This document shows positions 10,360 through 20,349 of a DNA stretch of 64,000 bases, one piece after another. How positions within the stretch are numbered: the stretch's first letter is position 1; the number at the start of each line of letters is the position of its first letter. Position numbers and translations under genes: made by a program. Origin of the DNA: a virus; IMG/VR virus record IMGVR_UViG_3300045115_000211, positions 49,195 to 113,194 of that record; one strand, written 5' to 3'. A model generated the notes under the pieces. The model made no database searches. It was not told the DNA's origin and worked only from the letters and a program-made list of their open reading frames with translations.

Positions 10360-10519
10360 AGGTCCACATCGTCAGGATGTACGGGAACGTCGAGGCCATC
10401 TGCGACAACGAGGCCGACGTCGGGCGCATCAGGAGGGAACTCCTGGAAGGCGAGGAGCTCAAGGAAGACATCGTCGAGGTCGAGACTGTCGAGACGAACC
10501 AGGTCATCGGAGACCACGG

Positions 10520-11311
10520 ATGAAGGTACTGCTGACGAGCGGAGGGACGCGTACGGCGATCGATGCGGTGCGCCATGTGGGCAACATGTCCTCTGGCACC
10601 TTCGGGAACCACCTCTGCAGGGCGTTCCTTGAGGCTGGCCACGACGTGACGTTCCTGTACGCCAAGGGCAGCAAGTGCCCGCACGAGCTGCGTCTGTCGC
10701 TTGGGCAGGCATTGCTGGAACCCCAAAGCGACGACTGGACGTCCTGTGTCCAGCACGGTCTTGGCGATCTCGTGGCGGAACAGTTCGGCTTCCTGGCGTC
10801 GTGCCGGGACAGGTATCGCCCCACTTGGTACGACAACTTTGACGGCTACGCCGCCGAATTGTTCCGGCTCATCGGGAGCGTCCGCCCCGACATCGTCGTC
10901 CTGGCCGCCGCCGTGAGCGACTACGCCCCCGTCAAGGCGGAGGGCAAGATCAGCTCCGAGCTGGACGAGATGACGATACGGCTGGAGAAGACCCCGAAGC
11001 TCATCCGCAAGGTCAAGGATGTCCTGCCGGAATGCTTCCTCGTCGGGTTCAAGCTCCTCGTCGACAGCACGCAGGAGCAACTCGAAGCCGCGATGGCGGA
11101 CCAGATGGCGAAGGCGAGGACGGACATGGTGGTCGGCAACGACCTGCGGGACATCAAGGCCGCGAGGCACGTCCTGACGATCCTCGGGATCGACCAGCTC
11201 TTCTACCGGTTCGATCCTATGCCGGGCGCCGAGCTGGCGAGGGAACTGGCGGAGGAGATCACGACGCAGGCGAGGACGCTCCGCGGCGAGCACCGCCGCA
11301 TCGGGGCGTAG
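10520..11311 (+). CDS. coaB: monofunctional phosphopantothenate-cysteine ligase
   Basis: LLTSGGT..ID.VR...N.SSG, AAAVSDY, KISS, TPK, LVGFKL, VVGND. Confidence 0.9.
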   Translation: MKVLLTSGGTRTAIDAVRHVGNMSSGTFGNHLCRAFLEAGHDVTFLYAKGSKCPHELRLSLGQALLEPQSDDWTSCVQHGLGDLVAEQFGFLASCRDRYRPTWYDNFDGYAAELFRLIGSVRPDIVVLAAAVSDYAPVKAEGKISSELDEMTIRLEKTPKLIRKVKDVLPECFLVGFKLLVDSTQEQLEAAMADQMAKARTDMVVGNDLRDIKAARHVLTILGIDQLFYRFDPMPGAELARELAEEITTQARTLRGEHRRIGA

Positions 11312-11831
11312 GAGGACGACGATGGCATTCACGTGCAAGGATTGTGCGCCAGAGAGCGCCGGATGGCTGTTCGACTTGGCGATGGGTGTCAGCCGTGGAC
11401 CGTGCGAGGACTGCGGCAGGGTCTCCGACTGCATCGACTGGCACGGGGACTCGCGTTCCACCGGCGACAAGCCGAAGGGAGAACCCCTTGACGCGCACAG
11501 GTACGACAGCCGCGAGGACGAATGAGCCCGAAGCTCGACAGGAAGGACTGGCCCAAGCCGCCTCCGTTCGTGAGGCCGGACAGCCTGTGGCTGGTCGTCT
11601 ACGAGTGCCGGTACGACGTGATCAGGGTGTCGCCCCAGGGGGACGGGTTCTTCGCGCCGGGCCAGGACGTCCTGTGGGGGTTCAGCAGCGTGACGGAGTG
11701 GGTCAGGGAGATCGTGCCGCCGGGCGAGGAGGCTGCGAGGGCGGCGTGCCCGAGGTGCGGATGCTAGGCGATGGACCCCTTCGGGATGGGCGTCGTGGTA
11801 CACGACATCGGGAAATGCGGAGGGATCAGGG

Positions 11832-12236
11832 ATGTCAAGCACTAGGATGGCGATAGTCGTACGGCGTGACCTGAACATGCCGCCGGGGCTGCTGGCGGCG
11901 CAGGTCCTGCACGTGGGGATGCTGTTCGTGCAGGACTCATGGAAGGTGTGCCGCCACGAACTCGGCGAAGACCGGTATTCCCTTGAGTTCGAGCCTGGCG
12001 AATGCGAGTGGATACAGCAGCCATACGTCGCCGTGCTAGGCGTGGACACGCCCGAGGAGCTCGCGGCCGTCCAGAAGATGGGCGAGGACGAGAAGTTGCC
12101 CGTGAGGGTTTGGAAGGACGTCATACCGTCCAAGGTCCTCGAAGGGCGCGTTCTGGAGTGCGTGGTCGGCATATCCATCGGGCCCGCCGACTCCGACCGG
12201 ATCAGGAAGGCGACGGGGACGCTGCCGCTGTTCTGA
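11832..12236 (+). CDS. divergent peptidyl-tRNA hydrolase 2 (Pth2)-like protein
   Basis: IVVRRDLNM..G..AAQ..H and SIGPA....I.K.TG.LPL; start may be 11847. Confidence 0.8.
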   Translation: MSSTRMAIVVRRDLNMPPGLLAAQVLHVGMLFVQDSWKVCRHELGEDRYSLEFEPGECEWIQQPYVAVLGVDTPEELAAVQKMGEDEKLPVRVWKDVIPSKVLEGRVLECVVGISIGPADSDRIRKATGTLPLF

Positions 12237-12246
12237 GGAGGACGAC

Positions 12247-13404
12247 ATGAAGGTGCTGGTGGGCATGACCGGGAGCGTGGCGACGACCATAGCCCCCAAG
12301 ATCGTCAAGGCGATCGAGGATGGCGTCCCACTTCTGGACTCCGTCGAGGTCGTGATGACCGACAAGGCCCAGATGTTCTTCGGGGCGGATGCCCTGCGGC
12401 GTCAGGCTGGGGTCAGGGTCTACACGGAGCGGGACGAGTGGATATGGAGCAGGAGAGAGCACCCGAACTTCAACAGCCCATACCCCATCCCACCCGAGGA
12501 CAAGTGGCAGAAGGGAGACCCCATCCTGCACGTCGAGCTCGCCAAGCGGTCGTCCTGCCTCGTCATCGCCCCGGCGTCGGCCAACACCCTAGGCAAGATG
12601 GCGCACGGCATCTGCGACAACCTCCTGACGTCCGTGTTCCTCGCGTGGCGGAGGAGCCGCCCCGTCGTCGTCGCCCCGTCGATGAACTCCCACATGTGGT
12701 CGTCCCCCGTTGTGCAGGCCAGCCTCAAGGACCTGCGGGCGACGAACCCCAACATCGTCGTCGTGCCTCCCGTCGAGAAGGAACTCGCGTGCGGGGACGT
12801 GGGGGTCGGGGCGCTCGCCGACGCGGGCGACATAGCCAAGGCGGTGGCTTGCGCCCTGCGCTGGGACTTCCCCCTTCCGGAGACGACCTGCCCTGGCATC
12901 CCCGTCGGGAACCACCTCGGCTCGTTCGGGATCGTCCGCCGGCATGGCAAGCGCCATTGCGGGGTCGACCTGTACTGCCGGAACGGGACGATGGTCACGG
13001 CGGTCGAGCCCGGGGTCGTCGTCGCCATCGATGGCTTCACCGGGGCGTCCGTCGGCTCGCCATGGTGGAACGAGACCAAGGCGGTCAAGGTGGAGGGGGC
13101 GAGCGGGGTCGTCTGCTACGGTGAAATCAGGCCGTACTTGAGCCTCAAGGTCGGCGACATGCTCGGCAGGGGAGACCCCTTGGGGCAGGTGGAGCAGGTC
13201 CTGCCGGACGGACAGTTGCGCGGCGACATCCCCGGCCACTCGCTATCGATGCTCCACATCCAGCTCTACGAGCATGGCCGCGTCCACAAGGACGAGTCGT
13301 GGCTGGAGGGGCAGCCCCAGCCCGGCGGCGTCCTCGACCCCACGCCCTTCCTGCTGGACTGCTGGAAGGGCCTGACGCTGGACATGCCGGAGGCAAAGGC
13401 GTGA
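12247..13404 (+). CDS. coaC: phosphopantothenoylcysteine decarboxylase (HFCD flavoprotein) fused to M23-like domain
   Basis: TGSVA, LHVEL, APASANTLGKMAHGICDNLL, PSMN, LACGDVGVG; then HCGVDL, VGD...GD.LG, LDPTPFL. Confidence 0.9.
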   Translation: MKVLVGMTGSVATTIAPKIVKAIEDGVPLLDSVEVVMTDKAQMFFGADALRRQAGVRVYTERDEWIWSRREHPNFNSPYPIPPEDKWQKGDPILHVELAKRSSCLVIAPASANTLGKMAHGICDNLLTSVFLAWRRSRPVVVAPSMNSHMWSSPVVQASLKDLRATNPNIVVVPPVEKELACGDVGVGALADAGDIAKAVACALRWDFPLPETTCPGIPVGNHLGSFGIVRRHGKRHCGVDLYCRNGTMVTAVEPGVVVAIDGFTGASVGSPWWNETKAVKVEGASGVVCYGEIRPYLSLKVGDMLGRGDPLGQVEQVLPDGQLRGDIPGHSLSMLHIQLYEHGRVHKDESWLEGQPQPGGVLDPTPFLLDCWKGLTLDMPEAKA

Positions 13405-14428
13405 ACATCCTGATCATCGCAAGGCACAGGATGCGGTACTGGTGGCGCAGGTCAGTTAAGGCCTTGGGGTTCTGCCCAGATTGCTGGAGCATCCTGAACT
13501 ACACGACGAGGGGCAGGCCGATATGCCCGAGGTGCGGGAGGTAGACCTCCACGTGAAGTGGCACGGCAAACGGTTGCGTGGCGTGACGCGGTGGGAAGTC
13601 CGGCATTCCGAGGGCGCTGACCACGGTCTGCGCCCGCAGAGGTTCGGTTCGCGACGCGAAGCAGTGCTCCGCGCCCGCGAGTGGAACAAGGACTTTCCGG
13701 GACACGTCGTGTGCCCGGTGTTGCCACACGCCCAGCCTCGCCCTGTTCGTCACATCAAATGAGACAGACGCAGCGGTCAGGACATGCCGCGCCGAAGCGA
13801 AAGGAAACGGGGATGAGAAAGCACACGGTCAAGGTGACGGTGTCTGGGTCGAGGGGGACAGGGCTCACGACGATCGCCGAAGTTATCCGCCAGGCCCTTG
13901 AGCAGGCCGACTTCGAGTGCGAGGTCTCGTCGGGATTGCAGAGGGAGTTCGACGACCTTCCCGGCGGCTCCTTCGACCTTCGCTGCGGCGCCGTCAGGGA
14001 AAAGACCATGGTCGTCATCGGGGAACTCGCCTGCCGCCCTGGCAAGGCGGGGAAGTAGGCATGGGCTGCATCGAATATCCCGACATGCCGGCCGACGTCG
14101 TGCCAGACAAGTGCAGGTCGTGCGACGGGCATTGCTGCAAGATATACGCCGACCACGATCACGGAGGCGGCAGGCCGTGGACGGTGTGGTTCGAGGAGTG
14201 GTGCGAGAACTGGCTCGCCGAGTTCGCCGCGACGGAGGCCGACAAGCGCTTCGTCCCGTTGTTCGATCCGCTTGAGGTCCACATGGGAGGCAACGAGCAT
14301 ATGCTCGCCGACCTGCGGGCGAGGGGCATCGATCCTGACTCGTGCCAGTACCGGGGACAGTCGGGATGCTTGCTTCCGAGGGAGTTCCGACCGAAGGTGT
14401 GCAGGCTGTATGTCTGCAAGGAGGCTCA

Positions 14429-15073
14429 ATGAAAGAAGTTGTTGAGGCGCGGGCGACCATGAAGGTCCGCAACTTCATGCAAGGGGCGGCGATAGGGGTT
14501 CTTCTTCTTTCGATCGTCGTTGGCGTGCTGTGCGCCATCGGGAACGACCGCCGCAAGGCGACCGCCAGGGGCGTCAGGGTCGGATCGTCGAGCCTGTCCG
14601 TCAAGTTCTCCCCCAAGGGCGGCTGCGCCGACGCCATCGTGGCGGAGATCGGCAAGGCGAAGGAGTCCGTCCTCGTGCTCGCCTACTCGTTCACGTCGCG
14701 GCCCATCTTCGCCGCCCTGCTGGAGGCCAAGAGGAGAGGGATCGACGTCAAGGTCGTCGTGGACGGCGGCCAACTGGAGGTGAGGTCGCTGGTCTGGGAG
14801 TCCTACTCCAACGGCATACCGACGCTCGTGGACTGCAGGCACGCGATAGCCCACAACAAGGTGATCGTCATCGACGACAGGGTGGTCATCACGGGGTCGT
14901 TCAACTTCTCGGCGGCGGCCGAGAACAGCAACGCCGAGAACCTCCTCGTCATCAGGTCGAAGGACGTCGCGGCGCTGTACGGGTCGAACTGGGCCGAGCA
15001 CGCTGGGCACTCCGTGGCGCCGATGGGAGTATCCGACAGGCCGAAGAGGCGCACCATCGAGGAGCAGGAATAA
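14429..15073 (+). CDS. phospholipase D-family (Nuc-like) nuclease with N-terminal hydrophobic segment
   Basis: HNKVIVID...TGSFNFS...NAEN single HKD motif; FSPKGG; AYSFT. Confidence 0.92.
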   Translation: MKEVVEARATMKVRNFMQGAAIGVLLLSIVVGVLCAIGNDRRKATARGVRVGSSSLSVKFSPKGGCADAIVAEIGKAKESVLVLAYSFTSRPIFAALLEAKRRGIDVKVVVDGGQLEVRSLVWESYSNGIPTLVDCRHAIAHNKVIVIDDRVVITGSFNFSAAAENSNAENLLVIRSKDVAALYGSNWAEHAGHSVAPMGVSDRPKRRTIEEQE

Positions 15074-15127
15074 TGTTTTCAGGAGCAACTTGCAGGGATT
15101 ACAGTCCTTGTTGCCGAATACAAGGAC

Positions 15128-16033
15128 ATGAAGACAAGACTGCAACTGCTCGATGCCCCACATGAAGTCCACGAATCAATACTGGTTGACGAGACAATCG
15201 CCAAGTTTGGCTATGATCCGCGGCTACTCAAGGCGGCCAGCCAGAAGTTGGTAGTCAAGAGGTTTGGTTGCTGCGGACTCGTGGCTGACAGGGGGTATAG
15301 AGCCGCATCGCAACAGCATTCTTGCCAGAGATGCGCGAACAAGCGTCGCTCGATTGAAACGGCATCCATAAGGTCGGAGCGAATCAAGACATGGCTCAAA
15401 ACACATACCCACTCCCGCCTCGGCATCAAACATACGGCGGAATCAAAAGCCAAGATGAGCGCCTCTCAAAGAGGACGAGTCATACCTCCAGAGACGCGCA
15501 TCAAATGGATGGGGAAGAAACTATCTCCAGAATCGCGAGCCAAGTTGAGCCAAGCATTGATGGGCAAGCCCTGTCCCCAAAAGGCCTTGGATTACTGGAA
15601 GGACCCCGCTCATCTAGGTGTCAATCATCATCGGTATGGCGTTCGTCCGCCACATGCCCACAAGGTTTGGTACACATGCCAAAATGGAATGCGGATTTGC
15701 TTCCGAAGCACCTGGGAGGCTCGCGTAGCCCGTCACTTCGATGAACAAGGAACAACATGGGAATATGAAACCAAGATGTTCCCAGTCTCGTACGAATGGA
15801 ACGGCTCAAGAAAGGAATCAACTTACCGATCTGATTTCTGGTTGCCAAGCCTTGGTTGCTATGTCGAAGTCAAGGGATTGTGGAGAGAAGAGTATGCGAC
15901 CAAGTTCAGGGCTTTCCGTGAACAATACCCAGAAGTTGTTGTCGAGGTTTGGGACAGGGCCGTCTTGCGGTCAAAAGGGATCAGAACTGGGTATGTAGCC
16001 TATGGAGAATTCAATGAGGACGACGTACGGTGA
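15128..16033 (+). CDS. NUMOD3 + PD-(D/E)XK-type putative homing endonuclease
   Basis: HTAESKAKMS repeats; FRSTWE, WEYE, DFWLP...YVEVKG; lower GC. Confidence 0.8.
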   Translation: MKTRLQLLDAPHEVHESILVDETIAKFGYDPRLLKAASQKLVVKRFGCCGLVADRGYRAASQQHSCQRCANKRRSIETASIRSERIKTWLKTHTHSRLGIKHTAESKAKMSASQRGRVIPPETRIKWMGKKLSPESRAKLSQALMGKPCPQKALDYWKDPAHLGVNHHRYGVRPPHAHKVWYTCQNGMRICFRSTWEARVARHFDEQGTTWEYETKMFPVSYEWNGSRKESTYRSDFWLPSLGCYVEVKGLWREEYATKFRAFREQYPEVVVEVWDRAVLRSKGIRTGYVAYGEFNEDDVR

Positions 16034-16523
16034 GTGTATTTCGGAATTGAAACCAAACGAGGTCATGGTGTTTGGGGCAAATTTATCGGGCTTCCATGGC
16101 GCCGGCTCCGCAGGCTTCGCCTCCTTCGGCGTTCCCGGCAACCGCTGGCGCGAGTTCGACTACGCCAACAAGCCCAAGGGCTGGAAGGGCAAGTGGAACG
16201 TCAAGGGGCAGGGCGAGGGCCTCCAGGAAGGCACCGAGGGCAAGTCCTACGCCCTCCCCACGGTCTGGAAGGCGGGACAGAAGCGCTCGCTGTCGCGCGA
16301 GGAGATCGTCGGGAACATCCGCAGGATGTACGCCTGCGCCAAGGCCCATCCGCAGTGGCGCTTCCTGGTCGCCGGCTCCACCAGCGGCAGGCTGCTGTGC
16401 GGCTACTCGCACGAGGAACTGTGTGCGATGTACCGCGTCGCCGGCCCGATCCCGGACAATGTCGTCTTTTCTGTATCATACACGGATATGATCGAAAAGG
16501 AGAATCGAGATGAAGTTGGTTAG
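16014..16523 (+). CDS. A1S_2505-like phage non-structural protein
   Basis: ELKPNEVMVFGANLSGFHGAGSA; GEGLQ...SYALPT. Confidence 0.75.
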   Translation: MRTTYGECISELKPNEVMVFGANLSGFHGAGSAGFASFGVPGNRWREFDYANKPKGWKGKWNVKGQGEGLQEGTEGKSYALPTVWKAGQKRSLSREEIVGNIRRMYACAKAHPQWRFLVAGSTSGRLLCGYSHEELCAMYRVAGPIPDNVVFSVSYTDMIEKENRDEVG

Positions 16524-17291
16524 GAAGGGCGGTTTTGGAGGAGTCAACCTGTTTGGATACCCAGATCCCGACACGACAAGGGAAAGCCTGGGTCGGGCAA
16601 TCGAGTTGGCCGTGATCCGCGATCACAACCTGAAGGCCCCAAGCCACATCATAGCCAGGGGAGAGCCGCTGGTGGATGTCGTCTACCCCGTCGCGAGGAA
16701 GATGGTCGAGGTGATGAGGTCACCCCGTACCAGTATGTCGGACAGGGGTCGGAAACCTCCGACTTCCGCGCAAGGCGCCGCGATTCCGGGGCGGAGGCCC
16801 TCGCCGAGTTCAAGGGGTATTCCGGGAAGGTCGCGAAGGTGTGTCCGAACGTGTGCGGCCAGGGGAACAAGGGGTTCCTGGATCACGTCGTCGCTCCGGT
16901 CGCGATCCGACCCGACAGGCTGACCAAGTCGTTCTTGAGCAGGTTCCTGCTGGAAAACACCCGGCACATCGTCCGCACCATGTGGATGATGACATTCAAG
17001 GACGACTACCTCGGCATCGCCGTCAGGGTGCGTGGAGGATTCGAGTATGTCGTGTTCGACGGGGACGTCGCCAGGATGCGTACCGAATCGTTCTCCGACT
17101 GCGGCCTCGGTCTCTCCCACCCGACGAGCGACTGGGAAGGCAAGACCTGCACCAACATACTGCTGAACGGCGTGCCCTTGGCCCATTGCCAGTTGGTCAG
17201 GGAAGGAGTGAACTTCAGGTTCTACTTGCCAGCTCTCATCCGCATTGCCAAGGATGCTGTCGTCGAGAGCGGAAATTGCCCTGCGGGATGA
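16510..17291 (+). pseudogene. hypothetical protein, apparently frameshifted near 16723-16726
   Basis: coding-like frame switches at a C4 run; the second frame is open with no start of its own near the switch. Confidence 0.45.
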
Positions 17292-17332
17292 CGGGTTGAC
17301 TCCGCCAAGAGCCTGTGGCATAATCACCCGCC

Positions 17333-17845
17333 ATGGAAGCAAACCCCATGGCAGTCGATTCGAGCGTCGGGACGCCAGAACCACAAATGGGCGTGGCGTC
17401 CGCCGTCCCGACCGGAGAGCCGATGTTCTGCGAGGTGTCCGTGGTCGACTGCTCCGACATCAGGAGCCAATGGCAGGCACGCTTCTCGGGAAGGTGCCCG
17501 CTCGGGATGGATCGCCTCCCGCAGCAGCACGAGAGCGACAAGGCGTTCTTCGAGAAGAACTGGAGGGGACCGAAGGACTGGCACGGCCTGCCCTACACCT
17601 ACGCGACCTTCATGCTCCTGCATTGCCCCAGCCAGGCCCCCAACCTTGTCGTCAGGAAGAGGTCCGGGAAGCCGTTCAAGTCGGGCGGGAAGATCGCCCA
17701 CGTCAAGCGGCTCATCAGGATCCAGCAGCCGTCGGCGATGCGACCGGGCGGGGTCAGGGAGATCGTCACGAGGCCGGCATACGAGTTCTACGAGGAGCAG
17801 GACGGGTACTTCGTCAACGCCCTGATGTGCGAGGCGGTCGAATGA
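17333..17845 (+). CDS. hypothetical protein
   Basis: directly after promoter 17296; ATGA overlap at end. Confidence 0.65.
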   Translation: MEANPMAVDSSVGTPEPQMGVASAVPTGEPMFCEVSVVDCSDIRSQWQARFSGRCPLGMDRLPQQHESDKAFFEKNWRGPKDWHGLPYTYATFMLLHCPSQAPNLVVRKRSGKPFKSGGKIAHVKRLIRIQQPSAMRPGGVREIVTRPAYEFYEEQDGYFVNALMCEAVE

Positions 17846-17981
17846 ACAGGAAGGCGCTCAAGGAGGACTTCAGGACGGCCGTCAGGGTCCTGGGATGGCC
17901 ATGGGCCATCCTGATGCTCCTCGCGTTCGGCCTGCTCGTCGCCATGTGGCTCGTCGGGCCTCCACATTGGAGCCCAAGACC

Positions 17982-18809
17982 ATGAGACTGATAGCCTCGA
18001 ACAGGGACTACTACGACCATTACGCCCGCGACCGCCGGCTGTCCGACCAGGCGTACAAGTGGGAGCGCAAGCCGCGGGTCGTCCCCATCGACTTCGCCAT
18101 CCCCGAGGTCGTCCACAACGGGCTATGGGGGGTCGGCGTCCCGAGGCTCCGGCACGTCAACTTCGACTCCTATGGGTTCGTCGTGTGGTTCTGCGGGCGC
18201 CCCGTGCCCGTCGTCAAGGTCGTCCGCTTCCCCTTCCAAGGCGGCAGGATCGTGGAATACTTCTACGGCTTCGACGAGTTGCCCGATGAAGTGAGGGGGG
18301 ACAGGCCGCTCCGCGGCAAGCTGCACGCCAGGTACAGGAACCCCTACCAGCGGTACCAGGACCTGTTCGCCCTCAAGGATGGCTGGGGGAAGGTCGCGTT
18401 CGAGTCGGTGTCGTACTCGGGGAGGGTGCTGCCCAAGGTTCCGGTCGCCGAGATGCACAGGCGCGTTGGCTCGCCCGTCTTCTGCCATCCCACGATGATC
18501 GATGAGCACCTGCAGGAGTTCCACGATGCCGGCGTCGAGATCAAGGTCATGGCGAGGGGCTGGCGCGTCCCGGAGAAGCCCTGCGTCCTCGTCAACCCGG
18601 TGCTGTCACACATCGAGTTCAACAGGGCCGTCAACGCCTTCGAGGCGTTCCAGGAGCTGGAGCGGTACGTGGCGAACGAGATGGCGCCGGTCGACGGGAG
18701 AATGGACAAGCCCATCCCCGACGCCATCAAGGCGCAGTCGAAGGGCTTCGACAAGATGTCGTTCAGGAGAGAGCCTGGGGGGAAGAGGGGACGAGGACAA
18801 CGCATTTGA
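17982..18809 (+). CDS. conserved phage hypothetical protein
   Basis: N-terminal DYYD; C-terminal AFQEL..Y...K..SKGFDK.SFR. Confidence 0.7.
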   Translation: MRLIASNRDYYDHYARDRRLSDQAYKWERKPRVVPIDFAIPEVVHNGLWGVGVPRLRHVNFDSYGFVVWFCGRPVPVVKVVRFPFQGGRIVEYFYGFDELPDEVRGDRPLRGKLHARYRNPYQRYQDLFALKDGWGKVAFESVSYSGRVLPKVPVAEMHRRVGSPVFCHPTMIDEHLQEFHDAGVEIKVMARGWRVPEKPCVLVNPVLSHIEFNRAVNAFEAFQELERYVANEMAPVDGRMDKPIPDAIKAQSKGFDKMSFRREPGGKRGRGQRI

Positions 18810-19103
18810 TGCGGGCAAGGAGTCCGAATGCCAATTCCAAGCAAAGGGCAGGACGGCCATCACCGAGTTCTGGAGGCTCGGGCCGAAGGCCGCCGACCTC
18901 ATCTTCGACAAGCACTTCTCGACCATCGAGCTCGCCACGGTCGCCCTCGAAGACGACGGCATGATCCCGATGGCCGTGACCGGGCTGGAGAAGGTGGCGC
19001 GCGGCATCGCGTCCCTCGACGGGGCCATCAAGGGGGTCGGGGTGGAGTCCATCCGGGCGCACAAGCACGCCATCATGAGGGCGTACTTCCCGAAGGAGGG
19101 CAA

Positions 19104-19466
19104 GTGAACCGCATCAGGAGCCATGTGTTCCGCGGGCGCCGCTATGCCGTCAGGATAGAGCCGATCGACAGTGGCGTCAAGAAGGCATGCCCGAAGGCCA
19201 TCGCCACGTGCGAAGGTCCTCCGTCGTCGAAAAACAAGGCCATCACCATCGATCCGAAGGTCACGGGCATCACGCTGCTGAAGGTCGCCATCGATGAGGG
19301 GCTGCACGCCTGCTTGGGGGACCTCGACAACACTGCAGTGGACGAGATGTCGGAAAGCATCTCTAGGTTCCTGTGGCGCCTAGGGTTCCGCGAGACGATG
19401 ATGGTGGGCGGGAAGCCAAGCCTGTTCCCGCAGGACGCCCTTGACTCCGGCGTCAGGATGGGGTAG
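19104..19466 (+). CDS. small zincin-like protein with degenerate HExxH (DEGLH)
   Basis: ITIDP...LKVAIDEGLHA; AAGGAGG RBS; GTGA overlap. Confidence 0.55.
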   Translation: MNRIRSHVFRGRRYAVRIEPIDSGVKKACPKAIATCEGPPSSKNKAITIDPKVTGITLLKVAIDEGLHACLGDLDNTAVDEMSESISRFLWRLGFRETMMVGGKPSLFPQDALDSGVRMG

Positions 19467-19475
19467 CATTCCGCC

Positions 19476-20312
19476 ATGAGCAACAAGCCGATCGATATGA
19501 TGGACACGGACGACCTGGTCAGGGCGTGGGTCCAAGAATCCGACGTCAAGACCCCCCTCGACGAGACGGCATACAAAACCCTCGTGACCATGTGCCGTTC
19601 CATGATGACCGACCTTCGCGACGTCAGGCGGAAGGGAAACGACGGCAAGTTCGACGCCAAGGGGATGGTCATGCCCGCCTTGGTCTCGTGGTGCAACCGC
19701 TTCTCCATTCCGTATCCCAAGGACGCCGTGCCCAGGCTCGTGAGCGGGCTGTGCGCCTTGGCAGGCTGGGACAGGCCCAGCCACGCCGACCCCGTCCTAG
19801 GAGAGTACGGCACGCCCTATTCCGTCGAGGAGGCGCGCCTGATGGCGGAGGAGGGCGGGCTCGACGAGCACCACAAGGAGATCATCCTGTGGTTGTGCGA
19901 CAGGGTGGAGCGACTCCAGGCGGAGCTGGCGGCCGCGACGCCCAAGCCCCTCGACAAGCAAGAGGTCCTGCAGGCGAAGCATGGTGCCCGGCTGGAGCAC
20001 CTCTTCATATCGTCCTTCGTGGCGACCTTCCCGGAGATGGCGAAGCGGGATCCGAGGATCAAGGCCATCGTCGACGCCGACAAGCTGACGATGACCCTCG
20101 TCGTGAACGGCGTGCCGCTGGACGCAGGCAAGGCCTGCCTGGAGTGGGAGAAGCAGAGCGAGCGGATCGTGGCCGAGGCGGCCGGCAAGCTGCTGCTGGA
20201 GAAGCTGGGCGAGAAGCGCAACGCCATCCTGGAACTGATGGACGAGATCAGGGACTCCATCATGGACAAGATGCGGACCGCAGGAATCCGCCTCCCCGAG
20301 GACGAGGGATAG
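19476..20312 (+). CDS. hypothetical protein (leaderless start)
   Basis: ATG 6 nt after TAGCAT. Confidence 0.7.
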   Translation: MSNKPIDMMDTDDLVRAWVQESDVKTPLDETAYKTLVTMCRSMMTDLRDVRRKGNDGKFDAKGMVMPALVSWCNRFSIPYPKDAVPRLVSGLCALAGWDRPSHADPVLGEYGTPYSVEEARLMAEEGGLDEHHKEIILWLCDRVERLQAELAAATPKPLDKQEVLQAKHGARLEHLFISSFVATFPEMAKRDPRIKAIVDADKLTMTLVVNGVPLDAGKACLEWEKQSERIVAEAAGKLLLEKLGEKRNAILELMDEIRDSIMDKMRTAGIRLPEDEG

Positions 20313-20349
20313 CCATGGGAACCGGGGTGTGACAACAAGGGAGGACACG

